In this document: in pieces, positions 26,752-37,679 of the stretch
How the letters are laid out: the number at the start of each line of letters is the position of its first letter
Position numbering within the stretch: position 1 is the stretch's first letter
DNA from: Lepidodermella squamata
Lineage: Eukaryota; Animalia; Gastrotricha
Assembly (NCBI GenBank): GCA_047495785.1
Contig: JBLDXI010000007.1
Span: 930,001-994,000 of the forward strand
Length of the DNA stretch: 64,000 nt
Reading direction: 5' to 3'
Position numbers and translations under genes: made by a program
The notes under the pieces: generated by a model
Database searches by the model: none
What the model saw: only the letters and a program-made list of their open reading frames with translations
Told to the model about the DNA's origin: nothing

Positions 26752-28452
26752 TCACTTTTCAGCGGCTTCTCGCAACAATTTGCGAATTTTCGAACTTTCC
26801 ACGTCCTTAGCGTAGTCCATAGCCGTTTTCCTGTCAGAATCTTTCGCATTAACATCGACTCCGTGTTTCAGGAGCAAGTTAACCAGGCCTGGTCGATCAG
26901 TTTTAACGGCTTCAATCAACGCCGTTGTCTTTTTCTTGCGGGTAAGATACATCGTTTCATTCGGATCAGCGCCGGCGGTTAAAAGCAGCTGAACCCGCGA
27001 GTCCTGGGGCAAAATGTCGCGGTCAAACTCGTTGTCCTCCTTAAAATACTGCAAGGCGAAGAAAAGCGCGTTCTGCTTGAAACAAGTCGCGCGCTTCACA
27101 TCTGCCTTGTGTTTTCGAATCATGTGACGAACGAGGGAATAATGACCCGCCCCACACGCGTTCATAAGGGGCGTAAAACCGTACTGGTCGCCGCGGTTGA
27201 TGTCATATCCATATTTCATGAGACAATCGATGAGAAATTCTTGATATTCAGCCGGGCCACGTGACCCGGTCGCACGAAGCCAAACAGCGTCCAAGATTTC
27301 AGAAATATCCGCGACAACACCGGGCTGGAGAAAATAGTTCAGAGCGCGAAGGCTCCAGCGATCGAGAGCGTAATCAACGTCTTCCCAGGTGTATTCAATC
27401 CCGAATTTCCTGAGGATAGGCAATATATCACCTCGATCGTAGAAAATTGCGAATTCAACAGGGTGACTATCGAAGTCAGCGGCGCAGCGATTGGATCGGC
27501 CTTGTGTAGCTAGTTCAGGTTGAGCCTTCAAAATCGCTTCCATTCCAGCCAAATTCGACGATTCCATGCATGCCAAAAGTTGATCAATCTGCAATAACAG
27601 ATTTAATGAAACTAGTCAGACCACCCTTTTATATCACTAACGGTATAAGTTTTTGGCCTCATAGCGGCTCGAAAGCCATCCTTTGAAGCCAAGTAGACTG
27701 TACTTCTAGGAAAGTCATCATAAACAGCTTTGCCCAAATCATTCGGCGACACGTTTACATTAGCCGTTTTCATAAAGTTCGAGTCAAGAAAGTAATGTTT
27801 GCCCGGCATTAAAACCAAGTTGAGCTTCAGGGAGTCCTAAATAAACAAAATTCATGAGAAATTGTTGCAATTAATCAAAGTTTAGTTCAACCGTGAAAAG
27901 AAAGCTTCTCAGCCGAATCAGCTTCCATTCGCTGAAATTCTTCCTTTTAGGATCAGCACAGACGATATCAGGATTTTTTAGTTCGCGAATCATAAGATAC
28001 CGCCGGAATTTGTCGAAAGTCGTATTTTGCGGGAGATTCATCGTGAATTGATTAGGCGTCTTCAGCAATTTCGTGAATGAAGAAAAGCTGGGTTCCGTTT
28101 GAAGCACAGCTTTCAATTCCTCAAGCTGACCGCTGCGAATGAAAGGCATCGCAATTTCAGGGCCGAATTCCCTGGCCAAAAATTCTTCCCAAAACGCGTT
28201 TCCATACAGGCATTGATGCCACCTAAAGAAAATTGAATTTCAAGGAAAAATCCACTTTAAGAGAGCTCACCTTTTACAAACCAGGGCGCAAGACTTAAAA
28301 ATTTGACCAGCGTCCAAATGGAGGAAAATTTTATTCAAAACTATCGATGGCAATTTTGATACAAAATCGATTTGTGGATCAATTTTAGCCCGTTTCATCG
28401 GAGGCTGGACCGCGTTTTCTGAAGCACATGGCGCAAGGGATTTTCTCGGCAT
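26752..28452 (-). CDS. F-box/ankyrin family gene K (divergent member)
   Basis: ATG 28452 (MPRK..KRAK), F-box 'FVSKLPSIVLNKIFLHL..IFKSCALVCKR', 'DDFPRSTVYLAS', ankyrin ORF 26752-27594. Confidence 0.87.
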
Positions 28453-28542
28453 GCTACAGTAAAAAAATCTAGGCAAAAACCAACGAAAATATTTCACAAA
28501 TTAAATTTTAATTTGAGGATATAGAGCAAGCAAATATTAAGA

Positions 28543-30239
28543 TCACGGATTGTTTTCAGTGTTCCCATTGAAAGCATTTCGCATGGAAGTAACCAGATTT
28601 GGGAAGTTATCAACGAATGTCGCTTTCGCCATGTCATACATATCACGGTAGACCTTAGCGCAGGGCTGCATCAGCAAGTCAATCGCATCGTCTTCTACAG
28701 CCGTAGTTCCGACAGTTTCGCCAGAATTTGCACCGGCCTGGAGTAATTCTTCCAACAACTCGCACGACTCTTCGTCATTGCACATTTTCCCGAGAACTGC
28801 GTCGAAAGCCGAACGGCCATCTCGACCGACCAAATTGACCTGGGCGTCGTGTTTCAGTAAGAATTTCACTTTTTCAATATCCCCAGTCTCGCAAATGTCC
28901 TTCAACACAGTTCCGCCACTTTCCATGACATGGTTCACATTCAAACCGTGTTCAACCAGGGTTTCAAGTAACTCCCACTGCTCGGATAATACATTTTCTC
29001 GATCCGAGTTATTTTCCGGTTCCCAAATGAGTAAATTCCACAGCTCATCAGCTTTTTCGTTGGGATCAACTCCGAGGTCCAGATAAGCATTAACAACGTT
29101 TAATTTGAAGTCCTTCGCGGCTGCAACCAGGTCACTAGCCGTGAAGGGTTCGCCGAATTTCGCGATTAATTTCAATATGTCGCCATTGTGTTCTTTCACG
29201 GCTCTTTTGAACAATGAGAAACGACTGCAGGGTCCATCTTTCCGGCCAATATTAGCGAAATCAGGCCTCAAAGTCAGTATATGTTCAATATCATCCATTC
29301 GATCTCCAACAACAGCGTTTTGCAGATCTTTCAACATTAAATGACTCTTTAAATAAAGAAATATAGACAAATTTCAAGGTGGAATTAGCAAAATTACCTG
29401 CTGCATGATTATCGCAGAGCATGGAAGTAATAATCGAAAGCACGGATATGTTTGATGACCAGCGATGAAAGACACGTTTTCAGGATAATTTTCGAGAGTA
29501 AAAACTCGATCGTTGATAGTTTTTATAATATTCAGATCGGCATCTAGGAGGTAATAATGACCGGAACGATAGAATTCTCGTTGATACGTGAATCCAAAAA
29601 TAGGCATTTTGAGATGTTCCTGAAAAAAATCATTCATATCAACTCAAATTATTTTTTATCCACGAATTTTACCGGAAATAAATATTCAGAAATATTCATG
29701 ATCCACGCAAATTGAAGGGTGGTTGAGTGATTGCGCGAGTAGACGTAGCGCTCATTGGTGAGTTGTTTCGATCGAACAGTGGCAATTAATTGATCGATAG
29801 AAATTTCGCCCTCAAGATCACAGCAAACTCCGCCGCTTCTGAAAAGGTCGGCGATTTTGATGGGCCGATAAACGTGCTCATTTTGAATAAGCTGACGTAA
29901 CTGGCTAATGGCGCCCTGTTCTCTGATGAATTTTCGGGCTCGATCGACGCCAAATTCGTGAATAACTAAAGCCTCCCAGAAAGCGTCAGTCGTTAAAAAT
30001 TGATTCCAGCTAAAGAAAAAACCGTATTTATCGATAACCTTGAATAATTTCAGGGTAGTTTACCTTCGAGAAACTAGTGTACAGGTTCCGAATATGTCGT
30101 CATTTCTCAGGTACAAGAAAATTTTGCCCACGAGAGATGAAGGGAGACAATGAGTGAAATCGACATTCTGCGCGGCATTGATCGAAGCATAGCTAGAAGA
30201 CTTCTGGCAGTTGTTTGATTTCTCACTTGGCGCAGCCAT
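28543..30239 (-). CDS. F-box/ankyrin family gene L (divergent member)
   Basis: ATG 30239; hand-translated F-box 'FTHCLPSSLVGKIFLYLRNDDIFGTCTLVSRR'; 'ENYPENVSFIA' exon (29374-29637); ankyrin ORF 28543-29370. Confidence 0.85.
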
Positions 30240-30406
30240 TTCAAAGTGTTCTCATCACAATCAGGTTAAAGAGAACTCCTAACAAGAGAAACGCGTTGTT
30301 ATGCATAAAAACAATAAATACAGCTTGAAATTTTAATTACATATCGAGATCCGGACTCCAATTTATTGCAAAACAACTGACAAGGATAGAAAACCACAAC
30401 AAAACT

Positions 30407-31969
30407 TCAAAAATCGTTTGTGATGCGAATTTGGCCATCTTCGACGCCAGGAATGACGATAACACGCGTTGAATTGTCAACTCGAAAGACATTAGGATGG
30501 AAAAATTTGTAGTAGATGAGCAGTAAAATGACACCGCCATAAACCATTGAAAGCGCGAAAATGAGTAAATACAGCAAAGTAGAAAACGCAGTGATTGTCG
30601 TCGAATTAATCGTTATGAAAAACCACGATAGTATAAAAGCCGTGTTCTCGGTTAGCGTTAAGCCAAAGAAAAAGGCATATCGATTTCGACTCGGCGTATC
30701 AAAAACATTGATGTAAGCTGACGTGTAAATTAGGGCCAGGACAACGTTGAAAAATGCCCGGACAATAGACAAATCAGCACAGCAGAATCCATCAGGCAAC
30801 TTGGGTCGTTTTTTCGACGAGCTACAACCAGTTTGCAGCCACATAAACATGGCAAAAGCGTGGCAGCTCAATATCCCGAATAGAGCTGCCCATCCTAGGA
30901 CTTGGACAAAGAGTGCCATAGCAAGCACGCGTCCACTGATTAGAAAAGAATGAGCTAGGAATAGGACGAATCCTGAAGGAATCATTGGCAACTGCCGCCT
31001 CGTGAACAAGAATCTCCGAAGGGCCCGCTGGTAAGAAACCAGAGCCCAAGAAGCCGCTAATAGAGTACAAGAAATCGATATAAACTGCAGCAAAAGCTGG
31101 CAGTCAATCTCAAGCGGTAGCGAGGGAAACCACGCGGCGATGCGAGAAACAACAACATTGCAGATTGGATCTTCGGAATCATGCATCACAGCTGCTTTTA
31201 GATGACCTGGTAGCGAAGAACACAAAGGCAATACTTCAGTAGTATTATTTCTGTCGAAAGGATCGAAAGATTTGAGTGATTGAGCAGGATTTCCAAGTTG
31301 CACCGATGCGAGAACAATATGAAGCTGCAATACCAGTTGAGGTAGTGATTCAAGGAAGCATTCAATTATTCTCAATAAAGCAGCGTCAGCGTCTTCGAAC
31401 AAGGCTTGCTCATAGAGAAAGATTTTTCGCTGCTGATTTTTTGCACCCCTCGCCATGAAACCGAAAATGATCGCCTCAATGTTGTGAAGAACAGGACCCA
31501 ATAACAGCATGGGCAACACAAACCGAGCAATGAACCGCCAGTGTTGAATTTTCATACCATTGCGCCTCTGATTTCGATAATCAGCAATATGCCACGAGAG
31601 TGAACAAAATCCGCACACTATTCCAGGTACTATGATGAAGCTCAAGGTAACATAGAACCATGTCATGTAACTGGTCTGATCTGGTACAACAGTAAGCTGG
31701 CAGTCAGCATTAGCTTGATATGTAACGGGGGGAAAAGATGAAGTTGCAGCAGCATAGTAGAAAGCAGCAAGACGAGCCTCCAGCACGATATCAAAGACAT
31801 AACAAAAAATGGAGAATATGCCAAGAAGCATGTCAATGAAGGTGTAGTTGATAGAATCAGTGGTGACGACAGGTCCATCGACAACATTTCTCGAAGGAAT
31901 ATTTACATTATCAATAACCTTTCGAAACTGATCTTCTCTGCCTTTTCTAGAAAAGGCCAGTAGTTTCAT
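30407..31969 (-). CDS. XK-related protein (Xkr/CED-8 family phospholipid scramblase), intronless
   Basis: 520 aa, many TM helices, family motifs 'ECFLESLPQLVLQLHI', 'SWALVSYQRALR', 'RVLAMALF', 'YYKFFHP'. Confidence 0.92.
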   Translation of the reverse strand: MKLLAFSRKGREDQFRKVIDNVNIPSRNVVDGPVVTTDSINYTFIDMLLGIFSIFCYVFDIVLEARLAAFYYAAATSSFPPVTYQANADCQLTVVPDQTSYMTWFYVTLSFIIVPGIVCGFCSLSWHIADYRNQRRNGMKIQHWRFIARFVLPMLLLGPVLHNIEAIIFGFMARGAKNQQRKIFLYEQALFEDADAALLRIIECFLESLPQLVLQLHIVLASVQLGNPAQSLKSFDPFDRNNTTEVLPLCSSLPGHLKAAVMHDSEDPICNVVVSRIAAWFPSLPLEIDCQLLLQFISISCTLLAASWALVSYQRALRRFLFTRRQLPMIPSGFVLFLAHSFLISGRVLAMALFVQVLGWAALFGILSCHAFAMFMWLQTGCSSSKKRPKLPDGFCCADLSIVRAFFNVVLALIYTSAYINVFDTPSRNRYAFFFGLTLTENTAFILSWFFITINSTTITAFSTLLYLLIFALSMVYGGVILLLIYYKFFHPNVFRVDNSTRVIVIPGVEDGQIRITNDF

Positions 31970-34460
31970 AATTGCCTATTGATTGGGAAGAACAAATTTC
32001 AACTACACGAAAGTTTAACATAAGAAGGTGGCAGGTTAGTGGGTCTTCAGCCAAGCCGCGTGCCGATTCACTATAACGCATTTAAACCAAGTTCCAAAGA
32101 AGTTGACAGACCGATTAGCAATTAGCAGAGAAAGTTAGCCATTGGCGATTATGATCGAATGCTTATATCAAGGCCGAAACCTTGCATGCTGAGTGGACAG
32201 CTGTCAGCTCCCAGATTCGCAATTTCAGCCGATTCCGTGACGGGGATTATGAGTAGCCCTTGACTACGCTATTGAAACTGTTCATATGCAGCGAGCATTA
32301 ATCGCTTTCGACTTTCGACCCTCCTAACGCTCAGCTAACGCAATACCAAACGCGCTACGTGCTTTAAAGATTTCTTAAAGCTCATAGCGGATTCTGATGC
32401 TAACAAAATTGAAACGGACGCGGTTGTGAAACACTGAGTATCATCGAGGGTGAGCGTCGGAAAAGTCGAGGTCAAGAGCTCGGCGAGCCCCGCGCCAAAG
32501 TTTCAAATTTTTTAGGCCAAACGTCAAGGTCAAAACCAAATATGATAAATAAAATATCAAAAAATTAAGTTAATTATAATTTTCTGACAATTTGAGCACA
32601 GTCTAATGCAAAACTAAGCTGTAGCAAATTTTCCTTCGAAAATGTTTGAAGTTCGAAGTTCGTCGAAGGTCGAAGCAGCTTTTTCAAGGATGGATCCACA
32701 ACTAAACATACCGTCAGCTTACTGCCCGCGAAGATCGAGCGAGTCTGTAAGTCAATCGGCTACTCAATCAATAAAAGCAGGGCTACAAATCAACAGTTTA
32801 ATGGCAAAAATGGCACGTGGAAATAACATTTTCGTCGATCTTGACGGAGACGATTTCGAATAAATTCGCAAGGTCATCTTCGCCATGCAAAAGGCAAAAG
32901 GCATACTTATAAATTAGTGAGATCCACGTCAGACACAGGCGAAATATTTACCGAAATATTTCTGTCATTCAAAGTCCTCAAAGCTAATTCCCCAGATAGC
33001 CATCTGAGATGACACTTGCTTTTGAATGGCAAATATTTGGTACTTTCGGCGATCTGAGATGCCCGTAAATTACGGTGCAACCCTGCCCGTAATAGACTAA
33101 TCTAAGCCTGACTCTTGAACTCTGAGCGCCGAAGAAATCTATTTAGCTTCATTCAAGCCTTCTGCACGAAAGAAGAAGGGAGAGGGATTACATTAAAAAC
33201 ATTAAAAATCTCCTCAATGGTGTTTCTTCATGAAAAAATGTGCCTCAAACACGGTTGGGTTTGAATTTGAATGAATTCGTCGATGTTTAATTTTTGGAAA
33301 AATTCACCATACAGCTTAATGCTACTTTACTCCGCAAGATTTGGCGCCAACGGCCATCAGCTGCCATGGTCTTACTACGGTTTATAGCTGACGTCATGAA
33401 CATTGTGGAGATCTCGCGTCTCGTTAACAGCTGATATGGCGTCGGGGTCCATTTTTATTTCTGCCAGCCCAGGTTTGTGCTAGAGAAACTTTTCGCTGGA
33501 GCTAACCCCTCTCCCTCTCTGTCTGAAAAAATGTTTACGTTGATCATTGGTCTAATTGACCCAGGAAATCGGTCTCTAATCAGATTCGTTTTAGATAAAT
33601 TGATCAGAGACTGATCCATCAATTTTCTAAGCGCATCATCAATTTAATGAGGAGTTTTAAGAGGTTGAAGAATTTCAAGCATTCTTCTGCCAATGAAACT
33701 AGTACACAATTTCTTGAAACTCCTCATTAAAATGATTCGCATCGAATTCCCCTTTTATGCGGCTTATTTTTGGCCACCCTGTAAGAGCATTTTAGTTCAT
33801 CCTTCATCCGCGATTAATCCAATGAAATAAATTTTTATTCATTTTCGTGAACAAGCTTTGGAGTTCATTGGCATTTCAACTTCTCCCTTCAACTTCTCTC
33901 TCATCGTAGTTTCTTTGATTTTTTGTTATTTTTAGGTAATGCAAACCAGGAAATTCCCACCAAAATATTTACCATCGAAAGAGAAGAAAGACCCTGCCTT
34001 TCCTCTCGCAATATTCAGCTTAAATTACGAATTCCCAGTCATTCTTTTCGAATTTGGATTCGCCGAGTAACCTTATCGACCTGTGGAATATGAAAGGGTG
34101 AGTGAATGTCCTGATGTTTGTAACCGCGTGCTACTTAGCCGAAATTCGGTCGAAAAATTGGCCATAACATGGCGTCAAAAAATCACCACGCCAGAAAATC
34201 CCCAGGTACTGAGACGTTAAAAAAGGCCAAGTTTGCAATAAATTGAAATTTATTTTCAATGTTAATAATTAGAAAATCGATTCGAGTCAATAATATTTCC
34301 AGTCGTAATAAAATTACACCGATGAAAGTAAACACCGCTCAAAAAATTTGAAAGGAGAAGCTCAACAGCAAAACTTGGAAAAGCAAAACAAATAATAAAC
34401 TGAAACACAATAAATTCAGAAATGAGAACATTTTTTTCAAAATATGAATAAAACTAATAA

Positions 34461-36061
34461 TTATTGAGCATCGTCGAGAACGCCGGGTAAAACTTCAAGA
34501 TCTTTATAATTAAGAAAGTCGGCGAGACAATTCGGAAGTCCGAGTTTAACGATAGCAGCCGGGCGTTGTTGCAGGCCAACTGGCAAATTCCTGCTGATAG
34601 CAACGCGACATTGAGCTTGAAGCGACCGAGGAAATTGATGGTGAAAGATGGTAACGCAATTTTTGATATGCTCCGCCTGTTCGCCGCCAAGTGTTGGTGC
34701 TTGATGCACCAACGCGCTTCGAAACTTGCCGATATTCAGCGAGTTCTTCTGCCGAACTTCCATGATGAACTCGATAACAGCAGTTGAACGGCCCCAGAAC
34801 TGAGTGATCAGCGCGTTTTTCTCATGCGACGGACTAACGATGCGGGCGAGGCACGTGTTAACTCGCTTTCGTTCGAACGGGTCCGGGTCGCAAATAGCGC
34901 CGGCTCGCAGAAGAGGCAGAGCACCGTAGGCGAAAATTTTCACCCAGTCCGTCGGCGAATTGCGAGCGTCGAAAAACGCCTGGCACGCCCGGTAAACAGT
35001 TGAAGCCAGGGCAGAACAAGTCGAGGCTAGCGGGCCGCCGAGATCGCCTGCGTCGCCGCTATCGTCATGGTCGTAGTCGACACCGGGTAGAATCAAAGCG
35101 CGAGGTATGCGAAGAGCCATAGTTGGCATGGCGTTAAGGAGAATTCGAACAGCGTCTTCATCGGCTACAGCTAAATTTGCGATCCAGTGTAAACGCTGGT
35201 TGCAAATCACGCGCCGATCGCCGAACAGCAGAGTTGCGCCGTGAGCGATGAGTTTCTTCACAATCGATGTTAGACTGACGAAAATCGCCCTCGGAGTGTT
35301 GCGATTCGCGTTCGAATAACGCATGAACGCCAAGTAGGCATCGTTTAACGGTCCTGTAAAATAATAATTAAACACTGTTAATACATATTTTTTGTTCGAA
35401 AAACCATCAGTGGGGAAAAATAGAAAAAATAATTAATTTTTGAAAAAAATTTGGGCAAAAAAAATTGAATTTATTTACCTCTGGCGTTGTTATGTTCAGC
35501 AGACGCACCGAATTCGAGAAGGGCATCGACACCTTTTTCGAAGGCCAGATGAATGGCTTGCGACAGAAGCGACGACAAAACACAGGCCGGAATGACATCG
35601 CGCCGCATTCGCATCATGCTGGTCAACGCTTCGAGATCCGTCAACATAATCGAGCACCATAAGTACATTTCGAGCAGCGGGTCGAGGTGAGCAGTGCCGG
35701 AAGAAGACAACGAAGATTGTTGCTCGGTCAGTTTCGCGCCGATGAGTGCCAACATTTTTCGGTAGACCACTTCTTCGGTCTCGAAAATCGGATCGTCGTT
35801 CGCATTTTTGCCGACCTCCAACGGTTCGACCCAGAAATTGCCGTGAAGTTCGCGATCGACCAGCATGACACGTGCACCGGGCGCTAGAGAGAACCGGTTT
35901 AAAATCGCCTTCTTGTAAGGCATCGGCCGAAGAGGCCCGAAACGCCGGCCGGTTTCTTCCGACAGCGACCGCATAGTCGCCCATAGTCGTTCTTCGTAGT
36001 CGACAGTAGACAGCTGGCACTCGCCACCGCATGGCCATTTTAAATGAAACTCTTTCGCCAT
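34461..36061 (-). CDS. SOCS-box protein with degenerate ankyrin-like repeats (2 exons; intron 35354-35478)
   Basis: C-terminal 'PRSLQAQCRVAISRNLP...IVKLGLPNCLADFLNY' SOCS box; 'LLEFGAS', 'LIAHGA', 'LLRAGA'; a phase-1 GT-AG intron joins the two ORFs in frame. Confidence 0.85.
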
Positions 36062-37679
36062 TTCAATAAATAATAATGTCGACTATAAAGAAAATTTCGA
36101 AGATTTTAAGGAGGCGCTTTTAAAATTATTGAATTGCGCAAGTTTGCGAGGGCATGAATGAAAAATCAGCGGGTCGTTTCCAAGCGCAGTAATGCGTGTG
36201 GTATGTGCGGCTCGAAACAATGCGACTAAAGGTCATCACACACTCGGTTCCGGTTCTATAACGATTACGCGTTAGAGATGAGAGGCGCTCGATAATGAGA
36301 ATGAATAGACGCGAGGGCACGCACGAAAATTGTAGCCTGTTGCTGCTGTCAATCGCGTGGGCTTGTCGAAGTTTTGGCCAGATGCGGGCGAGATTTTATA
36401 GTACAGCAGCTAGCAGTGGCCTTCCGCACCCCTGGCCGGGCGATTAGCTGCGCTCTGGCCCATATGGCGCGCGTGCGCTGCGGTGGCATAACCGGCTCAG
36501 GTTTTGCTGCGTGTTTGCCTATCCTTTATCGCATCCGGCTATAACGGCTAGCCGCGAGCAAACATCGACGACGGACGACGGTCAAAATCATACGCGCAAA
36601 TCCATCACGGCATAAAATTATTCGATTTTCGCTCTGCCATTAAATCGAATTGAAATATAATAATATCAATTTTGTTTATGCGTACTTGCTGTATAATTTA
36701 ATACGAAAAAAAGCGAGCGGGAAATAGCACTAGCCAAAATACAGCATGTACTCCGATATTTTGCCTAGGTACATCACATAGCAGCGGCGGCGGCTTGCGA
36801 CGACCGTTGAATGGCGGCGAGCTCGCGAGAAGCGAAATGCGACCCACATTTTGGCATGTGCGTGTAATAAATAATAACAATCGGCCAACTGCTGGCTCAC
36901 TCTCACTCGCGCTCACTCACTCTTATGCGCGAGCGTGTGGTGCCTAGTAATAATAACAAATGTGTGGTCAAAGCCTAGCCTATCTTCTTCGCTTATCGCC
37001 GCCGCCACGAAATAGCTATAGGATGCAATTGTTTGCTCATCATTCATTCCTTCATTCATACGTTCGTTAGCCGTTGGAAATTTGCTATACTTACTACAAA
37101 TCACAAACTCCGTTCCAAAACGCTATATTAAGGTAGATTAAGGCAATATACCTACTATTTATCACCGTTTTTTCGCCCGTTGGGAAATTATCAGTAGTAA
37201 TTAAATAGAGAAAATTTGCCTCTCGAATGCAAATATTTAATTACACCCTACAATTTTATACCTCCTCATTATAATATTCGCACAAGAGTGATAGCACGAT
37301 TTATTTACTTTGATAAGAATTTTTGCTCGAACGTAACCACAAAATAATATTTATTGCTACACAACAGGTATTTTTTTCATTTTATTTCTTCAGGACTGAG
37401 GTTGCGGTAATCAAAAGCGTAATAAAATATATGAAATAATATTTTTTAGTAGTATTTTTTTATCAAGGCAGCGAATTTAAGCCAGCTGAACAAATTCATC
37501 GGGCCGTTCCGCCGATATATTTTTTTTCATGGTTGCAAACTCGTATTAATCCCTGCATCAATTTGTCTTCAGGTCTCGTACGAATATTACCTTAACTGTT
37601 TTTCTCCTCATTTAGGGACATTTAATTTATTAGTATTATTATCAGAGATTGATCAAACGATTATTTTCAGTACATATTT

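Noticed and set aside
1-30239. Bacterial endosymbiont or viral origin of the contig (ankyrin/F-box effector-like genes)
   Set aside because: Conserved spliceosomal GT-AG introns, eukaryotic tRNA-iMet and metazoan genes in the same window.
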